Positions 12,861 through 25,150 of a stretch of DNA of 64,000 nt are shown piece by piece. The DNA is taken from positions 23,746,001 to 23,810,000 of the forward strand of contig NC_043007.1 in the NCBI RefSeq assembly GCF_006345805.1, in the 5' to 3' direction. Both the position numbers and the translations under genes were made by a program. Below the pieces are notes generated by a model. It saw only the letters and a list, made by a program, of their open reading frames with translations, ran no database searches and was not told where the DNA came from. The DNA comes from Octopus sinensis (Eukaryota). The stretch's first letter is position 1. Each line of letters begins with the position of its first letter.

Positions 12861-14945
12861 GCACTGGTGCTGGTGTCACATTAAAAGCACTGGTGCTGGT
12901 GTCACATTAAAAGCACTGGTGCTGGTGTCACATTAAAAGCACTGGTGCTGGTGTCACATTAAAAGCACTGGTGCTGGTGTCACATTAAAAGCACTGGTGC
13001 TGGTGTCACATTAAAAGCACCAATACTGGTGCCACATTAAAAGCACTGGTGCTGGTGCCACATTAAAAGCACTGGTGCTGGTGTCACATTAAAAGCACTG
13101 GTGCTGGTGTCACATTAAAAGCACTGGTGCTGGTGTCACATTAAAAGCACTGGTGCTGGTGTCACATTAAAAGCACTGGTGCTGGTGTCACATTAAAAGC
13201 ACCAATACTGGTGCCACATTAAAAGCACTGGTGCTGGTGCCACATTAAAAGCACTGGTGCTGGTGTCACATTAAAAGCACTGGTGCTGGTGTCACATTAA
13301 AAGCACTGGTGCTGGTGTCACATTAAAAGCACTGGTGCTGGTGTCACATTAAAAGCACTGGTGCTGGTGTCACATTAAGAGCACTGGTGCTGGTGTCACA
13401 TTAAAAGCACTGGTGCTGGTGTCACATTAAAAGCACTGGTGCTGGTGTCACATTAAAAGCACTGGTGCTGGTGTCACATTAAAAGCACTGGTGCTGGTGT
13501 CACATTAAAAGCACCAATACTGGTGCCACATTAAAAGCACTGGTGCTGGTGTCACATTAAAAGCACCAATACTGGTGCCACATTAAAAGCACTGGTGCTG
13601 GTGCACATTAAAAGCACTGGTGCTGGTGCCACATTAAAAGCACTGGTGCTGGTGTCACATAAAAGCACCAATGCTGACACATTAAAAGCACTGGTGCTGG
13701 TGCCACATTAAAAGCACTGGTGCTGGTGTCACATTAAAAGCACCAATACTGATGCCACATTAAAAGCACTGGTGCTGGTGTCACATTAAAAGCACTGGTG
13801 CTGGTGCCACATTAAAAGCACCAATACTGGTGCCACATTAAAAGCACTGGTGCTGGTGCCACATTAAAAGCACCAATACAGGTGCCACATTAAAAGCACT
13901 GGTGCTGGTGCCACATTAAAAGCATTGGTGCTGGTGTCACATTAAAAGCACCAATACTGGTGCCACATTAAAAGCACTGGTGCTGGTGCCACATTAAAAG
14001 CACTGGTGCTGGTGCCACATTAAAAGCACCAATACTGGTGCCACATTAAAAGCACTGGTGCTGGTGCCACATTAAAAGCACTGGTGCTGGTGCCACATTA
14101 AAAGCACCAATACTGGTGCCACATTAAAAGCACTGGTGCTGGTGCCACATTAAAAGCACCAATACTGGTGCCACATTAAAAGCACTGGTGCTGGTGCCAC
14201 ATTAAAAGCACTGGTGCTGGTGCCACATTAAAAGCACCAATACTGGTGTCACATTAAAAGCACTGGTGCTGGTGCCACATTAAAAGCACTGGTGCTGGTG
14301 CCACATTAAAAGCACCAATACTGGTGCCACATTAAAAGCACCAATACTGGTGCCACATTAAAAGCACTGGTGCTGGTGCCACATTAAAAGCACCAATACT
14401 GGTGCCACATTAAAAGCACTGATGCTGGTGCCACATTAAAAGCACTGGTGCTGGTGCCACATTAAAAGCACCAATACTGGTGCCACATTAAAAGCACTGG
14501 TGCTGGTGTCACATTAAAAGCACTGGTGCTGGTGCCACATTAAAAGCACTGGTGCTGGTGCCACATTAAAAGCACCAATACTGGTGTCACATTAAAAGCA
14601 CTGGTGCTGGTGCCACATTAAAAGCACTGGTGCCACATTAAAAGCACCAATATGTGCCACATTAAAAGCACCAATACTGTGCCACATAAAAGCACTGGTG
14701 CTGGTGCCACATTAAAAGCACCAATACTGGTGCCACATTAAAAGCACCAATACTGGTGCCACATTAAAAGCACTGGTGCTGGTGCCACATTAAAAGCACC
14801 AATACTGGTGCCACATTAAAAGCACCAATACTGGTGCCACATTAAAAGCACTGGTGCCGGCACCACATTAAAAGCACTGGTGCTGGTGCCATGTTTAAAG
14901 CACTGGTGCCGCATTTAAAGTGCTGGTGCTACATTAAAAGCACTT
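12861..14945 (+). repeat. 26-bp minisatellite, about 80 units, variants GCACTGGTGCTGGTG(T/C)CACATTAAAA and GCACCAATACTGGTGCCACATTAAAA
   Basis: Period 26 read directly (12861, 12887, 12913...); 2085/26 is about 80. Confidence 0.98.
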
Positions 14946-15107
14946 AGTACAGTCTATGAAGTGGTTGGCATTAGGAAGGGTATCTAACTGTAGAAACCAA
15001 GTCAAAACAGGCTATGAAACCTGATGTGCCCTCTGGGCTTGCCAACTCCTGCCAAGCTGACCAACCCATGCCAGCAAGAAAAATGGATGTTAAATGACGA
15101 TGAGGAT
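14946..15107 (+). mobile_element. family D retroposon 3' body (diverged subfamily) continuous with the 26-bp array
   Basis: gtggttggcattaggaagggtatctaactgtagaaacc...ccaacccatgccagcaagaaaaatggatgttaaatgacgatgagg. Confidence 0.85.
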
Positions 15108-15828
15108 TATTAGTTTTCTATTTCTACCAGACAGTTGGTCTCTTACAAGTTAGTCATTTTATGTTGAAGAAGCAGTTGCAGCATGTTTGGTAGAACAATA
15201 GTGGTTGAAGTATTTGGTAGTTACTATAATCTAATCTTAGAAACCATGGGCAAATGTATGGTAAAGGGAATAATTATACATAGAAGAATGGAGCGAGCAA
15301 CTTGGTATTGTTCCCTATTGAGAGATATAGAAAGTTTTGAATTGCAAGACAGGATGTTGGTTAGAAGTGTCTGAAAAGTGTTTTGGTTACAGAGCTTGTT
15401 ATGGAGTCAGTACTTGAAGAAATTAAAATGGAGACAAATAGTGCTTCATTTTGAAGAATATTCAGTGAGATTCTGAAATCTTTTGTATGGGTTACACTAA
15501 TTATTAAACAGAATGTGTAAAAATGTATTAATTTTGATGACTGTTGGAGTAACTCTAAAAGCTACAAGTAAAAATATTTGATAATGCAAATCTAATAAGA
15601 TTTGCATTATCAAATATTTTCTAAAGTTACTGCTTGTTATACAAAGTTACTACAAGATAGTTTGGATTGGAGCTGATGCCACTGCTGCTGGTTTAAAATT
15701 TGTATCCAGTTGCAGAATTCTAGGAGATATATTTCTTGAGAGACAATTGTAAAAACTTTTTGCCAAAGAAACAGTTCTGTTTTGTATTTACTGATTTACG
15801 ACTTTTGAGTGGACCCATACAGATTTAA

Positions 15829-16049
15829 CCCTTTAGTGTTCAGATTATTCTGTCAAATGTGATGTTTGTTTATTCATATTGTTTTGAATTAATCATGTAT
15901 TATCTTGTAGTTTAGAGATTGCAGTGATGTGATTTTTTTAGTTTTAGAATGACATGGTAGGGCTGAGGTAAGAGGTGAGCTCTGGTCAGTTTCAATATAA
16001 AACAGGTTAAATATTCTGGCCGGATATGGCCGGTTTGAATGCTAAAGGG
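15829..16049 (+). mobile_element. piggyBac-type MITE family 1
   Basis: TTAA on both sides (15825-28, 16050-53); TIR ccctttagtgttcaga / tttgaatgctaaaggg. Confidence 0.9.
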
Positions 16050-16183
16050 TTAAAGTTGTTACACTAATGGTGTTAAAAGCGGTCTGTATCCACATTGAAT
16101 TTAGTAATGCTTTACTGGTTGATATGATTTGACTTTGAACTTAGTCCACTCTACCTGAGCTTAGTTTTTGGGTCCATTTTTAA

Positions 16184-16402
16184 CCCTTTAGCATTCAGAT
16201 TACTGTTAAATGTAATGCTTATATTATTCACATAATTTTGAATTAATCATGCATTATCTTGTAGCTTCGAGATTTCAATGATGTGATTGTTTATTTTTAG
16301 AATGACATTGTATGGTCGATGTGAGAGGCTCAGCCTGTTCATTTGGAACACAAAACTAGTAGAATGTTTGGGCCGGATATGGCTTGTTTAAATGCTAAAG
16401 AG
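16184..16402 (+). mobile_element. piggyBac-type MITE family 1
   Basis: TTAA on both sides; same internal sequence as 15829-16049. Confidence 0.9.
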
Positions 16403-17417
16403 TTAAGAAATTTGAGATGAGATGACTTTGTAAATTTCCTGTGCTGGATATTTAGAATGTAGAAAGAACAAGTCTAAATTAGAAAACCTGAAGGTACTTG
16501 TTAAATATCTCAACAGGACTCACTGTCCTAAATTTGTTTTTGTTAGTGTTGAACAAGTGATGAGATTGGTACTCAATACCTTGCAATGAGTGCTAACATT
16601 GAGTACACAAAAATATGCAAGAAAATTTTTGGCAAAATAACAAGGAGCCAGAACTTCTTGTATTAGAATATTCAGGAATAGATCATTGAAAGCCAGGGAT
16701 TCATTAGAAAAGTTGCTTGAAATAGTGCATAAGCTATTTTACTTGGGTATAATTAGTGGTTGGGGATGGGTTAGAAGCTGGAATATAAACAAAATTCAGA
16801 TTTTAGAAATTTTTTTTTGCATATCAAAGGTCTTTCTTGACAAAGAATTTCATTTTATGAAATATTTGAAAAAGGTAGATTTGCATAGCAGTAAATGTAG
16901 ATCTGCAGTGAATGGAAAAAAAAAAAAATTTAATTATGGCTTGTGTGGTGTTTCTTTATGAGGAAGGTTGAATGTAAATAAGTTGAAGAAGTTTCTGGAC
17001 ATGAAGCATTAGACAATGAATGCTGGATTGTGTTGATGAGTGAGTGAAGGGTGCAAATAAATGATACTTGTCATGTATTTGGTATTGTATACATGGTTGG
17101 GTGGAAAAGATGGAAGTTAGGTCAGGGATAAATGTAATAAAATTTAATTTGTTGATATTGGGGTATAAGCTGTTTGTTCTGGTTCTCTGTACTCTGGGTT
17201 CAAATCTTGCCAGGGTCAACTTTAGCTTTCATCTTTCCAAAATCAGAGTACCAGGGTCAATTCTTCTTTCTTACTTTTTTAGAATTAACCTTAATTGACA
17301 AGATGGTGCCTTATAAAAAAGGGAGTGGGGTGGGATAAAAGGAAGCTATCTTTGTATTATACAAATTCTATGACAAGCACTTTGCCAAAGAAGTAAACAG
17401 GAGTTGATCATCTTCCT

Positions 17418-17672
17418 GGGTGGTCCTCAACAGGGTTCATATGACCCTTAGGTTTCCATGTAAGATTTTGTTAAAATCTATGTGCAAGAAATTGGTTATA
17501 TTTTTACAATACATAAAATATTTTAACAATTTTTTTAAAATACAATTCCTGCTAATATTTAATTAATAATCAGATATGTTGGATTTTTTTAAACATAGGT
17601 TGGCTATGGGGTCCATCAGAGTAAAATAGGAATGGAAGGGGTCCATAGGCAAAGAATGGTTGAGAACCACTG
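17418..17672. mobile_element. hAT-type MITE (cagtggttctcaacc TIR)
   Basis: Right TIR ggttgagaaccactg, degraded left TIR gggtggtcctcaac; TSD not clean. Confidence 0.65.
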
Positions 17673-18149
17673 ATTTGTCTGTGGTGCAAGGAATATTGCA
17701 CCATCTCTCTCTATGTAAGCCCCCTGTAAAAAAAAACAAAATCTATGGTTAAATTAGGTTTGTTGTGGTGCACTGTATATTCAGTTTTTGAAATAATTCA
17801 TTTGCTTTTCTCACCAACTCCATTATTTAATTTTTTTTTTTTACAACTCCTGTATTGTTTGACATCATTGTTCTTGGCAAATATCTATCTTTAAACACCT
17901 GTTGCTTTGAAGTATCATACTTGTTTTTGTATTTATATTTTTAAACATGCTTGTATTCTGTATTGATTTCAGTCATCAGTTGCAAATCTAAATAGCTGCA
18001 AAGTGTTAATTTATGTTTCATTAGTAATCCTAGAAATCACTAACAAACTGTTAAAACAATTGCCACAACACACCACTCTTTCATTTTCATAATGATTTAA
18101 CCTTCTGATACGAAACGATAGTTTGTGTCCTTACTGCAGTTAAAAGAAG

Positions 18150-18360
18150 TAATAATAATAATAATGGTTTCAAATTTTGGTACAAGGCTAGTGAGTTTGG
18201 GGGAGGGAATGAGTCGATTCCATCGACCCCCCCCAGTGCTCAACTGGTACTTATTTTATCAATCCCGAAAGGATGAAAGGCAAAGTTGACCTCAATGGAA
18301 TTTGAACTCAGAACGTAGCAACAGATGAAATACCATTAAGCATTTCGCCCAGCATTCTAA
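18150..18360 (-). mobile_element. SINE family B, (ATT)n-tailed variant
   Basis: Reverse complement of gagttcaaattcc...ctttgcctttcatcctttcggg...aagtaccag. Confidence 0.8.
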
Positions 18361-18371
18361 TAATGATAATA

Positions 18372-18592
18372 ATAATAATATTATAATGATCCTTTATATT
18401 TTTGGCACAAGCCCAGCAATATTGAGGAGCTAGGTTTGTTGATTACATTCACCCAAGTATTTGACTGCTACTTTATTTTATCAACTCTGAAACAAAGTAA
18501 AGTTGACCTTATTGGCATTTGAACTCGAAACATAAAGAGTCAGAAGAAATGTTGCTAAGTATTTTGTCTGACATGCTAACATTTCTACCCAC
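18372..18592 (-). mobile_element. SINE family B, degraded, tandem with previous copy
   Basis: Same modules, more diverged. Confidence 0.7.
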
Positions 18593-18971
18593 TTGAATAA
18601 AATGGTAGGATGGGTTTGATTCTTGTGATTAATATTTTTCTTTGACTTTTGCTGATTGTCAGAAATGTATTAAGTGAATTTTCAAATCATTGTTAGGAAA
18701 GAAATGCTGGTTATTAAGAACAGTAAAATACATAGTAAGGTGTGTGGCTGACAGTAGCTGAATAGTTTTGTTTTGCACTAGGCTGCAAACTAAATTATGG
18801 CATAGCCAATGTAATTTTTGAAAAGAATGAAAAGGGATCTTGTGTCCCAGAAGGGTCATTGTGCTAATAATAAACACAGACCCTCCTAAAATACAAAATC
18901 TATTTCAACACACAAGTTCACGAGTGTTGCAAACTAATTACAAAGTTGAAATAAAGGGGTCTTGTTATTAA

Positions 18972-19169
18972 CCCTTTAGTATTCGGCTTACCTACTTTTT
19001 CACTCTTTGAATTAATCATGCTGTCTCATAGTTTCGAGATTTCGATGATGTGATTGTATATTTTTAGAATGACATTGTAGGGTAGGTGTGAGAGGTTAGA
19101 TCTGGCTTGTCTGAACATAAACCAGCTGGAATATTTAGGCTGGATATGGCCAGTTTAAATGCTAAAGAG
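18972..19169 (+). mobile_element. piggyBac-type MITE family 1
   Basis: TTAA on both sides (18968-71, 19170-73). Confidence 0.88.
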
Positions 19170-19466
19170 TTAATAAATGAAATGATGTCTGGATAACTGA
19201 GACAGCAACTCAGCAGAGCAGATGTTTTTGGTTCATTTCTTTTTCCCATTCTGTTCTTTTGAGTTCAGGTCAACTTTATCTCTCTTCCCCCTCTGAAGGG
19301 TGATGGTGAATAAAGCCTTTTTTGAGATATGCATTGGGGTTAATTCACTTAAATTTATTCCTAGCTAGTTGACAATAATTCTAATGTAGAGGCAGGTAAA
19401 AACTGATGTTAGTGGCTAAACACGTTTACATGTTTCGTATATTTTAAAAATAGTTCTGGCATCATT

Positions 19467-19683
19467 TATTCTTTTATTCTTTTACTTGTTTCAGTCATTT
19501 GACTGCTGCCATTCTGGAGCACTGCCTTATAGGGTTTTTGTCAAACAAATCGACCCCAAGATTTATTCTTTGTAAGCCTAGTACTTATTCTATCACTCTT
19601 TTGCTGAACCTCTAAGTTATGGGGATGCAAACACCAGCATCGGTTGTCAAGCAATGGTGGTGGGGGGAGACACAGACACATAC

Positions 19684-19759
<76 letters not shown>

Positions 19760-19898
19760 TATACGACAGGCTTCTTTCAGTTTCCACCTACCAAATCCAC
19801 TCACAAGGTTATAGTAGAAGACACTTTCCCAAGGTACCATGCAATGGGACTGAGCCCAGAATGATGTTGGGAAGCAAGCTTCTTACCATACAGCCACT
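19467..19898 (-). mobile_element. SINE family A with expanded (TA)n(CA)n centre
   Basis: Family A head and tail; microsatellite about 19686-19762. Confidence 0.88.
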
Positions 19899-20409
19899 AT
19901 TTTCTAAGTTGTATGCCTTTTATGTCCAGAGACTTAGCAATTTGACAAATATATATCAATAAAATATCAGACTAAAACATGTACTCAGGCTTGTATATAT
20001 GATCTGATTGAAGGCAGTTACCCATCATAGTCACAGTTCAGTGATGAAATCAGTAAAAGACTATATCAAATTTATCTTATTAATGTTTATGGTGTTATTA
20101 GGAATTTATGAAATTATTTATTTCAAAATCAATTATGTGAATCTGAATAAAATCAGAGCCAACTGACAAGGATTCTGACATGTTTCTAAGCATTCCAAAA
20201 ATATATTGTAGATGCTGTTCCCTGAAAGTGTATCATGTATGGATATTCATAGATTTCTTCCAGATTTAAAGAGGAGCCTAAAGTTGTTTCAGTGATCCAA
20301 TGAATAAGATAAATACCTCTATTAAAAAAAAAAAAGTGGGTGGTTGGGGGTGGGAGGCAGTAATAAATGTTGGTTGGCAAAATCTCAGGTCATAAAGCCA
20401 TTGCTGAGT

Positions 20410-20880
20410 CCTCAATCATCGTCGTCATTGTGATGGGGTTTCATTGACAATGAGCTTTCAACAATCAATGTCTTTCATTGCAGTCCATAGAAGTTGGCAC
20501 CTGATGAATGTCATGATCCAGCCCCTCAGTATGTCTTTGCAGGTCTTCCTTTGCTTCCCCATGTGTTGGTTTCCATAACAGCGCTTGGTGATTTAATCCA
20601 TCTTTACTCTGTCTTCAGTTGTTGGTTGATTGTGCTTTTCATGATACGCTTGTTGCTTCTCTGAGCATTTAGGTCTGTAGTTCATCTTGGTGTTTAGTGA
20701 ACTTCTTTGTAAGAGTCTGACATTGTGTTCCGTGAAGAGGTAGGCTTTCTACCTCTTCTGAAGAATTCAACTTTTGTTATTTTGAGAGATACTTTTTTCA
20801 CAATGAAACCATTTTTCCTAGTGTTGTTCAAGTCGTACTAATTCTGGTTTACATGTCTTTCTTGGTATATTTCACGACAG
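20410..20880 (-). mobile_element. degraded RTE-type LINE 3' fragment
   Basis: Minus-strand peptide GNQHMGKQRKTCKDIL...LLWTAMKD resembles the RTE C-terminus; (GAC/GAT) tail near 20415-20430. Confidence 0.55.
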
Positions 20881-22089
20881 AATCTAAATTATTTTAACAC
20901 ACATAATCTGTAATTCCCAAATGTGCTTGTGCAAAAAGCCATTCTTTTAGCTCATAATCTTACAAGCATGCACTTAGGAAAATGACAGGGAACACGTCCT
21001 CATACCATTCTTCAAATACATCTGCTCCAGCCTTATGTCAACCACCTTGAAACCTCTGCTCCAGAAACATACACTTTAAAGTAGTTCTTCTCAAATTCAC
21101 CAGTTTTCTTAACAAATACAGCATCAAATACAAATATAGCAACTCTACAACTTAAACTTTCTAGGGATTACCCAGCAGAATTCACTTCACCTGTAAAATA
21201 GAGGAACTAAAGCAAAATGGCTTTCAGGAATACCATGTTGACCTACAGCTACTACATTTGATCAACACAAATAATAAACACTAATGTACATACAGTATGT
21301 TAAATCAATGAATTATGTCTGTCTACTCTCTCGATTTTTGTTTTTTTCTTTCTATCTTATAGAAATATAAACACAACAACACACTTAGAATTGCTACTTT
21401 ACATACATCTTATGCCCACAGCTGATCTATATAATGAGACAAAAATATTGAGAATGGAAGGTTATCTGGACATGTATGAAATGTGTTATTACCTTAGTAA
21501 ATTTTCGCTCCACCCACAATTCTTGCAACTGCATGTACAGTCACTCCCGAACACCTACACATATCTACACCACTACTGTATGTATGTTAATCTTTCTGCT
21601 TAGTCTAGAGAAACACAAAAGGCAGATTCATGGAAAAATAGTAGCAGCAACAGCAGTTTTATCCTCATCAGTCTCAAGAATTATGTTAGGCTGTACTGGA
21701 AAAATAAATGTAGTGCTCCAACCATTATCATCTTGCTTGAGTCTACTGTGGCCACTTCCTGGCATCTAACAACAGATTGGTAACTAAAGAAGATGCAACC
21801 TGCCAATTTATCATACTGCACTCTGTATGATAAACCCTTGCTTGTCAGAATGTGGTCTCCAACTAAGCTCAAGTATTGCTTAGTGCATCTATCTTAGTTG
21901 TTTGATGAAACTACTTTTGTGTTAGAGATTTGCTTGGTCAGGTTTGACTTGGGAGCTTTACCACAACAGTATTTCTATTTCACTTCTAATGGCAAGTAAA
22001 GAAACACCGTTTTGACCCTGTGCTTGAGGAGATCTATTGAGTCAAGTACATCAACATCAAAAAATCAAATAGAAATTGCAGTTGTGATA

Positions 22090-22377
22090 CCTGTGCTGGT
22101 GGCTCATAAAAAGCACCATCCGAACGTGGCCGATGCCAGCGTCGCCTTGACTGGTTTCCGTGTCGGTGGCACATAAAAAGCACCAACCGATCATGGCCTG
22201 TGGCACGTAAAAAGCACCCACTACACTCATGGAGTGGTTGGCATTAGGAAGGGCATCCAGCTGTAGAAACATTGCCAGATCAGACTGGAGCCTGGTGCAG
22301 CCTCCTAGCTTCCCAGACCCCGATTGAACAGTCCAACCCATGCTAGCATGGAAAACAGGCGTTAAACGATGATGATT
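22090..22377 (+). mobile_element. family D retroposon (about 3 array units)
   Basis: Array units plus conserved body and ttaaacgatgatg tail. Confidence 0.9.
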
Positions 22378-23571
22378 TCAATTACTTTTTGGCTTATTGA
22401 TTGTTATATTATCTATGTACATATTGTGGTGCAATATCCCGATTATACTAATCTTATCTTTTATTTATTTATAAGTATAACAAATTTTAAAATCCAGCAG
22501 TAGGATATCATTCGATGTAGTATCATAAGAATGATGGTACTCATTACTAAGCATTGTTATTAAAATTGGTAACTGTACTAGTTCTTGTACTGCTGATTAC
22601 TGTTTAATTAGCTAATGTAATTCTATATTAAACTTAATAAATGATAAAACCTGTTGAAATGGATCAAGGTTGAATTAAAATTTGGGATAATAATCTGAAG
22701 CCAACACCATTGATTTCAGTGGTTTTATGTTGTTTGAGGTCAAGTCAGCATTATCAGTTCATTTAGTGCTTAAAGAGTTAAGTAGTAAACACTAAAGAGG
22801 TGTGATCCAATATTGAAAATGAATGGCTAGCTGTACATTTGTTCAATAAGTGCCATAAGCTTGAGATTAAAGATAATTGTACTAGCTTGTTTGAAACATT
22901 AACGATAATTGTTGGCAGTGGGGGTATAAAGGATAGAAGTGAGTAAGCAGTGTTGCCAGGATAATCTTCTTAATCCATGCTACTTTGACAGGCTAAAATA
23001 TTATTGCTTATAAAATGTCACTTTGGAGAACTCCGTATGTGAACCCTCCCACCATCTAATTTAGCTAATGTCTTTTAACAACAGTGGTTTTTTTTTTTAT
23101 GTTTCGGTGGCCATCTCCATTGATTGATTTTTCAGCCATGTTGATGGCTTCCATTCTTTATGGAATATGTTAGAGTGCAGGATAATCAATAAAATACATT
23201 TATTTTTTATTATATTGAATGTAAAAAAACAAAACAAACAAACTTTTTTTTATTGATTTCTTTAAGCACAATACCACAAAATTTTCAAAGGAAGGAGAAT
23301 AGAAAGTGTATGTGCCGGGAGGAATTGGTTTGGTTTTACTGACCGTTAGATTCCAATTGCCAGAATCTAGCCTTTGATCTACAGTACTTATGGTTTATTT
23401 TAAAACCTATGTCAATTCTAAATCTCTTCTAGCTTTCTCTACGGTCTTGTTTTATTTTTATTTAGAGTTTTCAAGTTTCCTATTGTTGACCAGCAAATTA
23501 TTCATGGTTACTATCTTAAAATCAGGAATAACTATTTTTAATTTATGATCTTCCATGAACCATGACATTCA

Positions 23572-23720
23572 TCATCATTTACTGTCTGTTTTCCATGCTG
23601 GCATGGGTTGGATAGTTTGATAGGTCCACTGTTGGCTTTGACATGTTTTCCATGACCGGATGCCCATCTTAATGCCAACCATCTTACATTGTGTTGGGTG
23701 CCTTTTCTGCACATCTGGTA
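23572..23720 (-). mobile_element. family D retroposon 3' fragment, degraded
   Basis: catcatcatttactgtctgttttccatgctggcatgggttgg. Confidence 0.7.
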
Positions 23721-24214
23721 CTACTGAGGTTGTCAAGTAAGTTGAATAAATGACAAAAGCAATTTTTAAAAATTCAGTTACTGTTTAAATCCCTCAAACA
23801 CAAATTCTTCATGAAAGTTTTTAACTATTAGGCATAATTTCTTTGAACTTGTTTTAAGAAAAAAAAAAAATTCAGAGCACAGAAGGATGTTTAATGAGGA
23901 TTTGATTGCTGGCTTTCCTTCTTCTCAAAGCAGTTCAAAACTAGATATTTCAAGAAATTTGGTTCTAATTGCAGAATTTTAAATCTTAGAGTGAACTAAA
24001 ATCAAAATGCTTGGGGGGTGGGGGCAGATCCACAAAAAACTAGAAAATGGGTTTTAGTTAGTGCAAATATTGGGTGGTGTCTTCTTGATTGAGGAGACCA
24101 GGGTCAAAAGCATTCCAACTATGATCATTCTTTTTTATTATTATTTGGTACTATATTATCTAATGTGCCTGGAATTTAGCTGCTGTTTCTCACAGGTCAA
24201 GCTATTATGTAGAG

Positions 24215-24415
24215 CAGTGCTTTTCAACCTTTTTGCTGGACCGAAACCCCAAGGAAACATTCCACTGGCTCGAGGAACCCCTGTGCAATAATTTAATTGT
24301 CTCATGCATACATATCTGCACAGGAGACTTAAAAATTACTGTCGATTTTAGCATTTTTGTAATTTCTTGTGGAACCCCTGGAATGTACTGGCGGAACCCT
24401 GGTTGAAAACCACTG
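24215..24415 (+). mobile_element. hAT (Charlie-like) MITE
   Basis: TIR cagtgcttttcaacc / ggttgaaaaccactg; perfect 8-bp TSD ATGTAGAG (24207-14, 24416-23). Confidence 0.93.
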
Positions 24416-24814
24416 ATGTAGAGACTCCCTCATTTGGCTTGTAATGAAGATATAAAAGTTGTATTTGGGCCTGCTACTTTCATATTCATATAAAATTGTT
24501 GTAGCAGCTAAAGTCAGTTATAAGATAGTGTTGTATATAAAAAAAAGGAGCAACATGGTGGAAGTAATTTGGGAGAGTTGGTGTAGATGTTAGGAAAATA
24601 TGTGTAGTACTAGTAATTTCAATGAAGGACAAATTTTCTCTTAACCTGTTGATTCAGTCTGTGTAGAGTCTTCTTAAAACCAATCAAATATTTCCTAATG
24701 AACAGCATGCTGCTTTTAGTCTTGTACTTCAACATTATATTTCTTCCCAGGTTTAATTTGATGCCAGAATCGGAGAGAATTACAATAATCACATTTGGTA
24801 TTTTCACCATTATT

Positions 24815-25150
24815 CATATGGGTGGTTAAAAAGCTTGCTTTGTAACCACGTGGTTTCAAATTCAGTACCATTGTGTGTGACACTTTGGGCAAGTGTCTTC
24901 TGTTGCCCTGGGCCAAGCAATGCCTAGTGAGAGTTTCGTAGATGGAATCTGTTTTGAAACTTGTTGGATGTATTTGTGTGTTTGAGTGTGTCTTTGTGGT
25001 TCGTCCCCCCTCTACTGCCTGACAGTCAGTGTTGGTTTGAGACCCCCATAACTTAGTTTGGCAGTACTGGGGTCAATTTGTTCCAACTAAAAACCTTTCA
25101 AGGCAGTGCCCCAGCATGTCCACAGTTCAGTGACAAACAAGTAAGAGATA
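24815..25150 (+). mobile_element. SINE family A, degraded
   Basis: Head, centre and tail recognisable. Confidence 0.7.

Larger units (their letters stand above)
15170..16700 (+). mobile_element. possible degraded hAT transposase remnant, interrupted by two MITEs
   Basis: 16445-16575 reads LECRKNKSKLENLKVLVKYLNRTHCPKFVFVSVEQVM, loosely like the hAT dimerisation domain; weak. Confidence 0.3.

Noticed and set aside
12861-14945. CRISPR-like array or repetitive protein gene
   Set aside because: No unique spacers (only 2-3 recurring unit variants), no cas genes, eukaryotic context; TAA/TGA in the unit closes all frames about every 78 bp.
21000-21790. Minus-strand protein-like stretches (e.g. FVKKTGEFEKNYFKVYVSG)
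   Set aside because: Short, closed by stops, with no recognisable family or consistent splice pattern.
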